Shown here piece after piece: positions 1 to 9,989 of a stretch of DNA of 64,000 bases. The DNA comes from Longimicrobiales bacterium (GTDB lineage: Bacteria > Gemmatimonadota > Gemmatimonadetes > Longimicrobiales > Gaopeijiaceae). Below the pieces are notes generated by a model, which saw only the letters and a program-made list of their open reading frames with translations, was not told the DNA's origin and did no database searches. The position numbers and the translations under genes are program-made. Numbering within the stretch: the first letter of the stretch is position 1; each line of letters opens with the position of its first letter. The DNA lies in NCBI GenBank assembly GCA_965198065.1, contig CBDAON010000004.1, positions 2,016,001 to 2,080,000 of the forward strand, read 5' to 3'.

Positions 1-176
1 AGGGGGAGCGCGGTGATGCGGGCGGCGAGCTCCGGATCGCGGGTTACCTCCAGCAGGTCGCGATCTCGCTTGAGCTCACGGTAGCGCGGAAGGGAGCGCC
101 CCGCCTGCCGCATGAACCAGACGGGGGTACGATCCAGGGGCTCGCGCCGGAGCGCGCGGAGTAGGAGATCGTTCAA
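1..176 (-). CDS. hemE: Uroporphyrinogen decarboxylase, N-terminal part (runs off window start)
   Basis: Manual minus-strand translation from TTG at 176 gives NDLLLRALRREPLDRTPVWFMRQAGRSLPRYR, containing the HemE PVWxMRQAGR motif; absent from the ORF track because truncated. Confidence 0.9.
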   Translation of the reverse strand, partial: MNDLLLRALRREPLDRTPVWFMRQAGRSLPRYRELKRDRDLLEVTRDPELAARITALP

Positions 177-287
177 GCAGGCGTCGATCCCGAGAATCGG
201 CGGAGAGCCGCGGTGGATGGCATTGCCCTTGGCCGCCCTCGCGTCTCAATTGGTCCACGAGCCTCTCGACTCGAACCCGCATCCTAC

Positions 288-1271
288 GTGGAAACCAAAC
301 GACCCACCATCCCCGCGGCCGAGGAGATCCTGGGCGGATACTTCCCGGTTCTGGATCACGGATTCGTCTCCCTGGTGGATTACATGGGGTCCGACGAGGA
401 CGTCGAGCGGGCGGCGCGGGTGAGCTACGGGTACGGGACCCGGAAGCTTTCCCAGACCCGGGGGCTCGTTCGCTATCTCCGCCGGCATCGACACACAACG
501 CCGTCGGAGATGGTCGAGCTCAAGTTCCACTGCGCTATGCCGATGTTCGTGGCACGGCAGTGGATACGACATCGGTCGGCCTCCGTGAACGAGTACAGCG
601 CTAGGTACTCGCTCCTCCCGCTCCTCTTCTACAAGCCGGGCGCGGAGAGCTTCGCGCTCCAGAGCCGGTCGAACCGACAGGGTCGAGGAGAGCCAGCCCC
701 CAGGGAGCTGTGGAAGGCGGCGGTGGAGCGTTGGGAAAGGATCCGGTCTGAAGCGTCGGCGGGGTACGAGTGGCTCCTCGGTGAGGACGTCGCTCGGGAG
801 CTCGCCCGGATCGACCTCCCGCTCTCGACGTATACGCAGTGGTACTGGAAGATCGACCTCCACAACCTCTTCCACTTCCTCTCTCTCCGGGCGGACTCGC
901 GCGCTCAGTTGGAGATTCGCGAGTACGCACAGGTCATTGCGGGGATGCTGAAGCGTGTCGCCCCCCTCTCGTTCGAGGCATGGGTGGATTACGAGCTCGG
1001 GGGCGCTGCCATGAGCCACGGGGAGCTCGATGCGCTCCGTGGGCTGATCGAGCCGCGGGGGGAAGATGGGATCGCGGTGCGGAGCGGCGTCGCGGAGCTG
1101 GGGGCCGCGGCGCTCTCCGAGCTGGGTCTCTCGAAGCGGGAGGTCCGGGAGCTCCTGGAGAAGCTCGAGCCGCGCACGCTTCCTGACTTCGAGCTGGACC
1201 TCTCCCGGATGCGCGCCCCTGAGGCCGTCGCCACCGAGATGGAGCGAGCCGTGCCGGGCGTATTCGAGTGA
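288..1271 (+). CDS. thyX: FAD-dependent thymidylate synthase
   Basis: RHRSASVNEYSARY ThyX motif, ERAARVSY, ELARIDLP; likely GTG start at 288 within ORF 213..1271. Confidence 0.95.
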   Translation: METKRPTIPAAEEILGGYFPVLDHGFVSLVDYMGSDEDVERAARVSYGYGTRKLSQTRGLVRYLRRHRHTTPSEMVELKFHCAMPMFVARQWIRHRSASVNEYSARYSLLPLLFYKPGAESFALQSRSNRQGRGEPAPRELWKAAVERWERIRSEASAGYEWLLGEDVARELARIDLPLSTYTQWYWKIDLHNLFHFLSLRADSRAQLEIREYAQVIAGMLKRVAPLSFEAWVDYELGGAAMSHGELDALRGLIEPRGEDGIAVRSGVAELGAAALSELGLSKREVRELLEKLEPRTLPDFELDLSRMRAPEAVATEMERAVPGVFE

Positions 1272-2377
1272 CCAGGGACCGAGCAAAGAGCCAGCCCATG
1301 GAGGGGCGGGCCTCCGGTGGTGGCCGGGCAGAGGGTCGAGCCGGCCGGGCTGACGCCCCCCCGGGGACCGTCGGGAGGGCTGCCAGGGGGGCCGGAAAGG
1401 CCGATGGGTCCGGCGGCTCGGCGAAAGACGCGTTCCCGGGGGGCCCTCGGGTGGACGACCACGTCGGGAACACTCCGATGGTCCGCCTGATCCGGGTGGT
1501 CGAGCCGGACATGGCGGAGGTCTGGGTCAAGCTCGAGGGGATGAATCCCGCCGGCTCGATCAAGGACCGCCCCGCCAAAGCGATGATCGACGATGCGGAG
1601 AGACGAGGGGTCCTCCGGCCCGGCGGGACGATCGTCGAGCCGACGTCGGGAAACACGGGAATCGGACTCGCCCAGATTGCCGCGGCGCGCGGGTATCGGC
1701 TCGTTCTGTGCCTTCCCGCGCAGATGAGCGAGGAACGGAAGCTCACCCTCACGTCATTCGGCGCGGAGCTCGTGCTAACCGATCCGGAGCGACGCATGCT
1801 CGCCGCTATCGAGAAGGCCGAGGAGCTCGAGAAGGAGCTCGGCGCCTTCTACCCGAATCAGTTCGCGAATCCCGTCAACCCCCAGATCCACTACGACACG
1901 ACAGCGCCCGAGATCTGGCGTGATATGGAGGGACGGATCGACGCGTTCGTCTACGGCTCGGGCACGGGCGGCACGATCACGGGTGTGGGTCGCTACCTTA
2001 AGGAGCACGACCGGAACATCCACGTCGTGGCCGTCGAACCCTGGCGCTCGGCGGTCCTCTCCGGCAAGGAGCGCGGGCAGCATGAGTTCCAGGGCATGGG
2101 TCCGGGGTTCATCCCGGCGAACCTCGACCTCGGCGTCGTGGACGAGGTCCTCCCGCAGTGGGAGGAAGAGGCGTTTCCGTTGGCCCGCCGCCTGGTTCGA
2201 GAGGAAGGCCTGTTCCTCGGCATGAGCTCGGGAGCGATCGTGCTCGCCGCTTTACAGGTGGCGAGGCGGATGGGCCCGGGTCACCGGGTCGTCGCGATCT
2301 CTCCCGACTCCGGGGCCCGCTACCTGAGCACGTCGCTCTATTCGGCCCATCCCGAGGAGGCTGGGAGCGCGGAGTGA
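1268..2377 (+). CDS. cysK: Cysteine synthase (PLP-dependent); true start may be nearer 1451
   Basis: KLEGMNPAGSIKDR PLP-lysine motif, EPTSGNTGIG, GSGTGGT, QGMG. Confidence 0.9.
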   Translation: MTRDRAKSQPMEGRASGGGRAEGRAGRADAPPGTVGRAARGAGKADGSGGSAKDAFPGGPRVDDHVGNTPMVRLIRVVEPDMAEVWVKLEGMNPAGSIKDRPAKAMIDDAERRGVLRPGGTIVEPTSGNTGIGLAQIAAARGYRLVLCLPAQMSEERKLTLTSFGAELVLTDPERRMLAAIEKAEELEKELGAFYPNQFANPVNPQIHYDTTAPEIWRDMEGRIDAFVYGSGTGGTITGVGRYLKEHDRNIHVVAVEPWRSAVLSGKERGQHEFQGMGPGFIPANLDLGVVDEVLPQWEEEAFPLARRLVREEGLFLGMSSGAIVLAALQVARRMGPGHRVVAISPDSGARYLSTSLYSAHPEEAGSAE

Positions 2378-2500
2378 GCCGCTGGAATCGGCTCAGGTAC
2401 TCTCTCTATGCGTCCATTTACGACCGATCGTGGGCTTGGGGGGCTCTCGGCGGAGGGCGATCGATCTCATGGCCCTCGGACCGGGAGAACGCGTCCTCCG
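2374..2500 (+). pseudogene. N-terminal remnant of a class I SAM methyltransferase (PmtA-like)
   Basis: GTG overlaps the cysK stop; reads MSRWNRLRYSLYASIYDR then, in a shifted frame, GSRRRAIDLMALGPGERVL, breaking off before the glycine-rich motif I. Confidence 0.5.
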
Positions 2501-2547
2501 TGGCGTGAAACGTGAGGTCCTTGCATACGCTCTCGTAACTAGCGCCT

Positions 2548-2835
2548 TCAGGGGAGCGTCTCGCCCACCGCCACCACTGCGGTTTCGGGAACCAGGTGGA
2601 GGTCGTCCTCCACGAGGTGGGCGGCGTCGGACATTACGATCACTGCCGTTCCCGGCGGGAGCTCGCGACTGAGGCCAGGGACCGGGTGGTCCTCGGCGGG
2701 AGAGTGGATGGCCACCTGGCCGCGCCGGAGCGACCGGTCGGCGCACGTGCCCACGAGGCGGATGGTGGCCCACCCGGGTCGTGGAGTCCACACCATGTTC
2801 TTGGAGGAGTGTACCCGCGTCTCGTTCGGGTTCAT
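2548..2835 (-). CDS. Small protein, possibly GroES-like fold
   Basis: 95-aa ORF with GAGGT RBS, starting 31 nt after the upstream gene; strand pattern resembles Cpn10 (see findings). Confidence 0.5.
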   Translation of the reverse strand: MNPNETRVHSSKNMVWTPRPGWATIRLVGTCADRSLRRGQVAIHSPAEDHPVPGLSRELPPGTAVIVMSDAAHLVEDDLHLVPETAVVAVGETLP

Positions 2836-2866
2836 CGCGACCTCGACAATATGCGTGAGGGTTCGG

Positions 2867-3379
2867 TTACGTCAGCTTTACCTTTCCGTGAGCCAGGAGG
2901 TCCACGGCGGCACCCTGTGCCGCCGTGAGCTCGCGGGGTGCCCCCACCACCACTGCCCGGGATCTTTGATCCTCGGGAATGTGGAGGATGAGGGCGTCCG
3001 GCCCCCGGGGGGGCTCGTAAGGCGTCGCGCGACCGTCGGCGCTCAGGACCACCGCTTTCCCAGGGTGGAGCCGCTCGGCCAGGCGGCATCCGAACTCGAG
3101 CCAGGTGCCGATCGGGTCGGCTCCGGCCTCCGCGATCGGCTCGAGCACGAGGCTCCGGTACTCGCGAACGGCCTCTTCGTACCCTTCCTCGTCACGCTCC
3201 CTGAGCTGTCTCAGGAGCCCCCGATATCCCTCTCTCGGGTCGCGCGCGCTCATCCGCTCGAGAACTTCGGCCAGACGGCGATCGGCCGTCTCTTGGAGGT
3301 CGGAATCCATCGAACGAGGATGCTGTCGCGTCACCGCCTGGTCAACGCCGCCGCTCCGAGCCGAAGGCTCCGTATGCAC
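2867..3379 (-). CDS. Hypothetical protein (start probably at MDSDLQ)
   Basis: Protein-like composition (DPREGYRGLLRQLRE...WLEFGCRLAE); fills the gap divergent from the PRTase gene. Confidence 0.65.
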   Translation of the reverse strand: MHTEPSARSGGVDQAVTRQHPRSMDSDLQETADRRLAEVLERMSARDPREGYRGLLRQLRERDEEGYEEAVREYRSLVLEPIAEAGADPIGTWLEFGCRLAERLHPGKAVVLSADGRATPYEPPRGPDALILHIPEDQRSRAVVVGAPRELTAAQGAAVDLLAHGKVKLT

Positions 3380-3481
3380 GACTCCTTCCCGGGCGCGCCG
3401 TCAGGGGTGACATTCAGGGTCCCTTCAGGCGTTCCCAGACAACCGACCGGCCGGGATCGCGCCACTCCGCCGAGGCGACCT

Positions 3482-4027
3482 GTGGACACGACATTCGGTG
3501 AGTTCGCTCCGGATCCGCGCGTGCGGGCCGACGAATTCATGGACCTCACCTGGGAGATGTTCGGGGAGCTCTGTCGCGCTCTCGCCATGCGGGTGGGACA
3601 GTCGTACGCGCCGGAGGTCGTGATTGGCATTGCTCGGGACGGAGTTATCCCGGCCGCGGTGCTGGCGTCCATCCTACGCGCGGACTTCTACTCGATGAAG
3701 ATCTCGCGGTGGGACGGCCGCGAGCGCGTGCGGGAGCGACCCGCGGTCCTCTCCGCTGCGCCCCCACAGGTGAAGGGCCGGCGGGTCGTGCTCGTGGACG
3801 AGGTCACCACCTCGGGGGAGACGTTCCGACTCGGGCTCGCGGCCCTGAGGGATGCGGCGCCCGCCGACATTCGGACGGCCGCGGTGTTCGTGCGGCCGCG
3901 CGGATACACCCCCGACCACTTCGCGCTCGAGACCGACGCGACCGTCATCTTCCCGTGGGACCGCAAGGTCTTCGAGGACGGGAAGTGGGTCGTGAACCCC
4001 CGCTATTCGGACGTCCTCGACGAATAA
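3482..4027 (+). CDS. Type I phosphoribosyltransferase family protein
   Basis: VIGIARDG and PRPP-binding loop VVLVDEVTTSGET, C-terminal IFPW; 3' part of ORF 2708..4027. Confidence 0.85.
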   Translation: MDTTFGEFAPDPRVRADEFMDLTWEMFGELCRALAMRVGQSYAPEVVIGIARDGVIPAAVLASILRADFYSMKISRWDGRERVRERPAVLSAAPPQVKGRRVVLVDEVTTSGETFRLGLAALRDAAPADIRTAAVFVRPRGYTPDHFALETDATVIFPWDRKVFEDGKWVVNPRYSDVLDE

Positions 4028-4113
4028 CAAGGGTGACGGTCGAGACCGCCTGGACCGTCAGGGCGCGTGCCTGGAGCCGTGGTCGGGTGTCTGGAGCCCT
4101 CAGGCATGTGTGG

Positions 4114-5391
4114 TCACGCGAGCCGGTCCGCGGTGCGGCGTGCGCTCTCCAGGCGACCCGTGATGCCCGGACGGTCCGCGTAGGCGGCGCAGAGGTGGAT
4201 GCCCCGCGGTAGGACGAGGTCATCCATCGAGCGCCAGCTCCGGTCCCAGGCGGGCATGCGGGTGCGATGCACGAGAAGAGGCGTGGCCTCCGTCCCCGTG
4301 ATCCTCTGAAAGTCTGCCCGGGCGGTTTCCAGGATCTCGTCGTCGGACCGATCGCACACGGCTTCCCGTCCCATTCCGCCCAGAAAGGCCGTAAAGAGGC
4401 CCCTTCGATCGAAAAGCGCCTCGTGCGCGGTGACGCCCCGCGTCGCGTAGCCATCTTCCTCAGTGACCTTGAAGCCCGTGCCCATTTGCCGCAGCGCCCC
4501 TCTGTCGGAGGCCACCAGGGGCACCACGGCGAGCGGGTTGTAGCGGAGGGAAGCGAGCCGGCGCCCCGCGTCGCGGGATAGGGGCTCGATCAGAGGGGAG
4601 GCCTCGGGCGCGGGGAGCGTGAGGACGACCTCCTCGACGGGAACCCTATCGCCCACGCCGCCGTGGACGACCTCGAAGCCGCCTGCCCCCCGCGGTTCGA
4701 TCGCAGCAACGGGACGACCGAGGCGGACGTGCGCGCGGTGCACCTCGGCAAGCGCCCGAGGGAGGGCGCCCATGCCACCCGAGAACGAAACGACCGGGAG
4801 GCGCTCCCACTTGGCCGCGCGAAGGAGCGCGAGGAGGAGGCTCCGCCCGCCGCCCGCGCGCTCCAGGGCCGGCAGCAGCGTGTCCCTCGCCTCCATGCGG
4901 GCCGGATCCGATGCGTAGAGACCGCCGAGGAGAGGTGCCGCGAGCCGCTTGGAGACCTCGGCCCCGAGCTTCCGCTCGAGCGCCTCTGCCACCGACTCTT
5001 CCGGCCGGGGTGCCTCGCGGAACAGGTCCCCCAGCGCCCGGACCTTTCCGGCGGGGGAGATGAGCCGCGTCGCGACGGCCTGCCCGAGGCTGAGCGGCGC
5101 GGGCAGGAGACGCCCCTGATGAAGGACGGTAAACGGCTTCCCGGCGGGGGCACGCACCGTCGAGGGCCCCAGCCCGACTTCGTCCACGACCGCTCGGAGG
5201 CCCCCGGTGAGGCGCATGCGCTGAGGTCCGAGATCCGTCGTCACGGGTCCGAAGGGGCCCTCTACGACGGCGCTCCGCATGACGCCGCCCGGTGCGCTCA
5301 ACGCCTCGAAGAGGACGGCGTCCACGCCACGCTCCCTGAGGAAATGGAGGAGGAAGAGCCCGGAGATCCCGCCGCCCACGATCCCGATCAT
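4114..5391 (-). CDS. hemY: Protoporphyrinogen/coproporphyrinogen oxidase (HemY type)
   Basis: IVGGGISGL FAD motif, DLGPQ, PLLGGLYASDP, SFSGGMGALP. Confidence 0.8.
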   Translation of the reverse strand: MIGIVGGGISGLFLLHFLRERGVDAVLFEALSAPGGVMRSAVVEGPFGPVTTDLGPQRMRLTGGLRAVVDEVGLGPSTVRAPAGKPFTVLHQGRLLPAPLSLGQAVATRLISPAGKVRALGDLFREAPRPEESVAEALERKLGAEVSKRLAAPLLGGLYASDPARMEARDTLLPALERAGGGRSLLLALLRAAKWERLPVVSFSGGMGALPRALAEVHRAHVRLGRPVAAIEPRGAGGFEVVHGGVGDRVPVEEVVLTLPAPEASPLIEPLSRDAGRRLASLRYNPLAVVPLVASDRGALRQMGTGFKVTEEDGYATRGVTAHEALFDRRGLFTAFLGGMGREAVCDRSDDEILETARADFQRITGTEATPLLVHRTRMPAWDRSWRSMDDLVLPRGIHLCAAYADRPGITGRLESARRTADRLA

Positions 5392-5407
5392 TGGAGGTGC
5401 AGAGGGA

Positions 5408-6658
5408 TCAGCTCGCCTGCATGGAGTCCAGGAACTCCTGGTTCGTGGCGACCCGCGTCATGCGGTCCATGAGGAACTCGACGGCTTCGGCCGCGGGCAT
5501 ATCCGACAGAAAGTTCCGGAGCAGGTAGACGCGGTTCAGCTCCGTCTCGGTCAGGAGCAGCTCTTCCTTCCGAGTGCCCGAGCGGTTCAGGTCGATCGCG
5601 GGGAAGATCCTCTTGTCGGCGATGTGCCGGTCCAGGATGAGCTCCATGTTCCCGGTGCCCTTGAACTCCTCGAAGATGACCTCGTCCATGCGGCTTCCGG
5701 TCTCGACCAGTGCGGTCGCGATGATGGTGAGAGATCCCCCTCCGTCGATGTTCCGCGCGGCTCCGAAGAAGCGCTTCGGCTTGTGCAGCGCGTTGGCGTC
5801 CACGCCCCCGGAGAGGATCTTCCCCGAGTGCGGGACGGTCACGTTGTAGGCACGCGCGAGACGGGTGATCGAGTCCAGGAGGATCACGACGTCCGTGCCG
5901 TGCTCGACCAGGCGCCTGGCCTTCTCCAGGACCATCTCGGCGACCTGCGTGTGCCGCTCGGCCGGTTCGTCGAACGTGGACGAGATCACTTCCGCGTCCA
6001 CGTGCTCCTCCATGTCGGTGACCTCCTCGGGGCGCTCGTCGATCAGGAGCACGATGAGGAAGATGTCGGGGTGATTCCCGCGGACGGAATTCGCGACCTT
6101 TTGGAGGAGGACCGTCTTCCCCGCCTTCGGCGGTGAGACGATGAGACCGCGCTGCCCCTTCCCGATCGGCGCGATCAGGTCCATCACACGCATCGAGATG
6201 TCGCCGGCCTCGTTCTCGAGTCGGATCCGCTCCTCCGGATACCGGGGGCGCAGGTTGTCGAAGGCGATCCTGTGCTTGGCCTTCTCGGGGTCCCCCAGGT
6301 TCACCTGCTCGACCTTGAGGAGGGCGAGGTAGCGCTCCCCGTTCTTGGGGGGACGGACCTGCCCGAGGATCGTATCCCCGGTCCTCAAATCGAACCGTTT
6401 GATCTGGGAGGGCGAAACGTAGATGTCGTCCGGACCGTACAGGTAGTTCCAGTCGGGCGAGCGCAGGAATCCGTATCCTTCAGGCAGGACCTCGAGGACG
6501 CCCTCGCCCCTGAGCACGACATCGGTGTCGAGCAGGTTCTGCTCGATTCGGAAGATCAGGTCCTGCTTCCGAAGCCCCGAGTAGTTCTGGATGTTGAGCT
6601 CGGCGGCCAGGTCGTGCAGTTCCTGGACGTTTTTCTTCTTTAACTCGGCGATGTCCAC
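5408..6658 (-). CDS. rho: Transcription termination factor Rho
   Basis: [57 protein letters not shown]. Confidence 0.98.
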   Translation of the reverse strand: MDIAELKKKNVQELHDLAAELNIQNYSGLRKQDLIFRIEQNLLDTDVVLRGEGVLEVLPEGYGFLRSPDWNYLYGPDDIYVSPSQIKRFDLRTGDTILGQVRPPKNGERYLALLKVEQVNLGDPEKAKHRIAFDNLRPRYPEERIRLENEAGDISMRVMDLIAPIGKGQRGLIVSPPKAGKTVLLQKVANSVRGNHPDIFLIVLLIDERPEEVTDMEEHVDAEVISSTFDEPAERHTQVAEMVLEKARRLVEHGTDVVILLDSITRLARAYNVTVPHSGKILSGGVDANALHKPKRFFGAARNIDGGGSLTIIATALVETGSRMDEVIFEEFKGTGNMELILDRHIADKRIFPAIDLNRSGTRKEELLLTETELNRVYLLRNFLSDMPAAEAVEFLMDRMTRVATNQEFLDSMQAS

Positions 6659-6854
6659 AGAGGTCTCCAGGTCGGATCGCTCCGAAGGGTTCTGTCCAGC
6701 GGGACTGTCAGGCCGTCGGCCCGTTGCTTGAGATTCGCGTTATGAACTTCGGCCGGAGGCCGGGAACACGGAGGGGCAGTAGCTCGGGAGGCGACTCGGA
6801 AGACGGAGCGCGGCTCGAACTGTCCCGTCGGGTTTCTTCTGAGGATGTTTGGTC

Positions 6855-6883
6855 ATAGTAACGACGGCGAAAAATGAGGTCAA
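6855..6883 (-). promoter_or_regulatory. Sigma70-type promoter for rho
   Basis: Minus strand TTGACC-17 nt-TACTAT about 200 nt upstream of the rho start. Confidence 0.7.
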
Positions 6884-6969
6884 GCCCTAGGCGGCCAGAG
6901 CCCGCCGCGCTGCTCGGGGCCGCTTCCGACCCGTGACTTGACAGTCTGGGAGCCCCCCGGGACATTCGC

Positions 6970-7398
6970 GTGAGATCCTTCGGGGGAAGATCCTCCGCCC
7001 GGCGTGTGGACCTCGACTCGGGAGTACGGGTGGCACGGCACAATCGCGAAGGGACCGGGGAGGACCAGCGTGGGTTCGAATACCGCATCAGCTACCAGCC
7101 CGACTGGCTTCGCCATGTCAAGGTCACCCGCGCTCTTCCCACCGGACGGCAATCGACCAAGACCCTGTTCCGAAACCCGACGCGGCACCGAGAGGACGCC
7201 CTAGGGAGCCGCGTCCGTACCCGGGTGGTGTGCGAGGAGCAGGGCGTGGACGTCGAGCTCGCTATACGCGGACCCGAGGAAGGGGTTCGTCGCGTCAGCA
7301 TCACCGTTGCCGTTCCGCGGTCGGGGGGAAAGGGGCAGGAGGAAGTCACCTTGACGCTCGAGGACGGGCTTCCTCCTCCACGAAGAAGGTCGCGCTAG
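6970..7398 (+). CDS. Hypothetical protein
   Basis: 142-aa ORF with beta-rich, protein-like sequence (FEYRISYQPDWLRHVKVTR) upstream of mlaE. Confidence 0.55.
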   Translation: MRSFGGRSSARRVDLDSGVRVARHNREGTGEDQRGFEYRISYQPDWLRHVKVTRALPTGRQSTKTLFRNPTRHREDALGSRVRTRVVCEEQGVDVELAIRGPEEGVRRVSITVAVPRSGGKGQEEVTLTLEDGLPPPRRRSR

Positions 7399-7470
7399 CG
7401 GGAATCGCCGGCGCTCCGGGCGCCCATCGCCATCGTAACGGGGCGCCGTCCCCGTGCAGAGCTTCCCCAC

Positions 7471-8253
7471 ATGAGCGAACGCTTCGTGGGACCTTTCACA
7501 ACCATCGGCCGCGGCGCGGTCGACCTGGCGAGCGGCATCGGTCGCTGGGGCGTCCTCGCGAGCCAGACCGTGCGGTCGCTTCGGCACGTGGACGTGTGGG
7601 CCCGCCTTCTTCTTGAGCAGCTCACGAGGATCGGTGTCGACTCCGTTCCCATCGCCCTATTTATCGCGATGTTCACGGGGATCGTCCTCGCGCTGCAGGC
7701 CTCGTATACGTTCACGGGGGCGGTCCCGATGTACTTCGTGGGTGTGCTCGTCGGAAAAACGATGATGCTCGAGCTGGGCCCCGTGCTCACGGGGCTCGCC
7801 CTCTCGGGCCGCGTGGGCGCCAACATCGCGGCCGAGATCGGAACCATGAGGGTCACCGAGCAGGTGGACGCGCTCGAAACGATGGCCTACCCGCCCATCG
7901 CGTACCTGGTCGCCCCACGTGTGCTGGCCGGTATCATCATGTTCCCCCTCGTCACCGTCTTCGCCGTCGCCATGGGGATCGCGTCCGGGTGGGCAACCTC
8001 CCTCCAACTCCTGGACATGAGCACGCCCGAGTTCTACCGGGGGCTCACGCTCTTCTTCGAGACGTTCGACGTGGCCTTCGCGTTGATCAAGGCCACGAGT
8101 TTCGGGCTCGTGGTGACTTCGATCGGTTGCTTCTTCGGGTTCCGGACGCAGGGCGGGGCGGCGGGAGTCGGACGGAGCACGACCCGCGCCGTGGTGGCCA
8201 GCTCGATGGTCATCCTCGTGCTCGATGCCTTCTGGGCCGTCGTCCTCCTGTGA
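7471..8253 (+). CDS. mlaE: MlaE-family ABC permease
   Basis: ELGPVLTGLALSGRVGANIAAEIGTMRVTEQVDALE, GGAAGVGRSTTRAVV. Confidence 0.95.
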   Translation: MSERFVGPFTTIGRGAVDLASGIGRWGVLASQTVRSLRHVDVWARLLLEQLTRIGVDSVPIALFIAMFTGIVLALQASYTFTGAVPMYFVGVLVGKTMMLELGPVLTGLALSGRVGANIAAEIGTMRVTEQVDALETMAYPPIAYLVAPRVLAGIIMFPLVTVFAVAMGIASGWATSLQLLDMSTPEFYRGLTLFFETFDVAFALIKATSFGLVVTSIGCFFGFRTQGGAAGVGRSTTRAVVASSMVILVLDAFWAVVLL

Positions 8254-8999
8254 GCATCGTGCTCAAGGACCTCGGGAAAGCCTTCGGATCCAACGAGGTG
8301 CTTCGGGGATTCACATTGGAAGTCCACGAGGGTGAGACGCTGGTGATCCTGGGAGCGTCGGGCTCTGGCAAGTCCGTCGCGCTCAAGCACATCGTGGGGC
8401 TCCTCTCCCCGGACCGTGGAGAAGTCTGGGTGGACGGGCGGAACCTAGCGACCATGGAACGCGAGGAGCTCTTCGAGCTGCGGAGAAGAATCGGGTACGT
8501 ATTCCAGTTTGCGGCGCTGTTCGATTCGATGACGCTAGCCGAGAACGTGGGAATGGGACTCCGGCGCGTGCGCGGGCTCACCGACGAGGAGATCGGCGAG
8601 CGCGTCCAGGAATGCCTCTCGCTCGTCGAGTTGGAGGGTCTCGGGGCGCGGTATCCCGCCGAGCTCTCGGGCGGACAGAAGAAGCGGGCGGGGATCGCGA
8701 GAGCGATCGCGACGCAACCCAAGTATCTTCTCTATGACGAGCCGACGACCGGACTCGACCCGCTGACGAAGGCGGTGATCGATCAGTTGATCCTTCGCAT
8801 GAAGGAAGAGCTCGGGGTGACGGGAGTGGTCATCACGCACGACATGACCAGCGCCTACCGCGTCGCCGATCGAATCGCGATGCTGTACGAGGGTCAGACG
8901 CGGTTCGTGGGAACGGCCGACGAGCTGAGGGCCGCCGGGGATCCAGTCGTGCGAGCGTTCGTGGAGGGGCGACCCGAGCTGATGGAGGAGCGGTCGTGA
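8250..8999 (+). CDS. mlaF: MlaF-family ABC ATP-binding protein
   Basis: GASGSGKS, FQFAALFDSMT, LSGGQKKR, YDEPTTGLDP; GTG overlaps the mlaE stop. Confidence 0.93.
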   Translation: MSIVLKDLGKAFGSNEVLRGFTLEVHEGETLVILGASGSGKSVALKHIVGLLSPDRGEVWVDGRNLATMEREELFELRRRIGYVFQFAALFDSMTLAENVGMGLRRVRGLTDEEIGERVQECLSLVELEGLGARYPAELSGGQKKRAGIARAIATQPKYLLYDEPTTGLDPLTKAVIDQLILRMKEELGVTGVVITHDMTSAYRVADRIAMLYEGQTRFVGTADELRAAGDPVVRAFVEGRPELMEERS

Positions 9000-9985
9000 G
9001 CCGAGGGCGCGAAGCACTGGTCGGTGTCGTGATCGTCGGGGCGATCGTCCTGACGGTCGCGGGCACGCTCTGGCTGGAGGGAACCTCCTTCGGCCGAGCG
9101 CAGCGGGACGTCGAGGCCGTGTTCGGGGAGGTCGGGCTCATCCGGCCCGGGAATGCCGTCAAGCTCCGGGGCGTCGAGGTGGGACGGGTCCGGGAGATCG
9201 CAGTGGATCCCGGCGGTCAGGCGGTGCGGCTCCGCTTCCGGATGGACGAGAGCCTGGCGTTGCCGGCGGACGCGGTGGTCATCCTGAGCCCGGAATCGAT
9301 GTTCGGGGATTGGCAGGCGGAGATCATGCCGCGGAGTCGCTATCCATCCGTCCAGTACGCGGAATCGTCGGAGTCCGGCGTCCTCCCCGGTTACGCGCTC
9401 CCGGACATCTCCGAGCTCACGCACATGGCGGACCAGATCGCGGAAAATCTGTCCGTGCTCACGGAGCGACTGGCGGTCGCGTTCTCCGACGAGACCGCAC
9501 GCAACATCGCCTCTCTCATCGACAACGTGGAGGGTGTGACGGAGCGCCTCTCCGACCTCGTCGCCCAGCAGGCGACCTCATTCACGAACGTGACGGACGG
9601 TGTCCAGCGGGCCGTGGACGGCATTGGCACGGCGGCCGACCAGGCGCGGTCCACGTTCGAACGAGTGGACCAGATCCTGGCGCGCGAGGAGGTGGCTTCG
9701 ACGCTTGAGGATCTGGCCGTGATCTCGGCCAACCTTCGCGACCTTTCGGGCGATCTCCAGGGCACCAACGTCGAGATCCGGCAGATGACGGCCCGCGCGG
9801 ACTCGGCCTTTGTCCGGGCGGATGCGATCATGAAGCGCATCACTCAGGGGGAGGGGATCCTCGGGCGCCTGCTCGAGGACGCCGAGATGGCGAACGAGCT
9901 CCAGACTGTCGTGACCGAGTTCACGGTGCTTCTCTCCGACATTCGGGAGAACCCGCGACGTTACCTGCGCCTCTCCATCTTCTGA
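8996..9985 (+). CDS. mlaD: MlaD/MCE-family protein with long helical C-terminus
   Basis: N-terminal TM segment, GNAVKLRGVEVGRV MCE motif, C-terminal DIRENPRRYL. Confidence 0.88.
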   Translation: MSRGREALVGVVIVGAIVLTVAGTLWLEGTSFGRAQRDVEAVFGEVGLIRPGNAVKLRGVEVGRVREIAVDPGGQAVRLRFRMDESLALPADAVVILSPESMFGDWQAEIMPRSRYPSVQYAESSESGVLPGYALPDISELTHMADQIAENLSVLTERLAVAFSDETARNIASLIDNVEGVTERLSDLVAQQATSFTNVTDGVQRAVDGIGTAADQARSTFERVDQILAREEVASTLEDLAVISANLRDLSGDLQGTNVEIRQMTARADSAFVRADAIMKRITQGEGILGRLLEDAEMANELQTVVTEFTVLLSDIRENPRRYLRLSIF

Positions 9986-9989
9986 CCCC

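Noticed and set aside
2708..3481. N-terminal extension of the PRTase
   Set aside because: It overlaps the minus-strand genes and has no domain features
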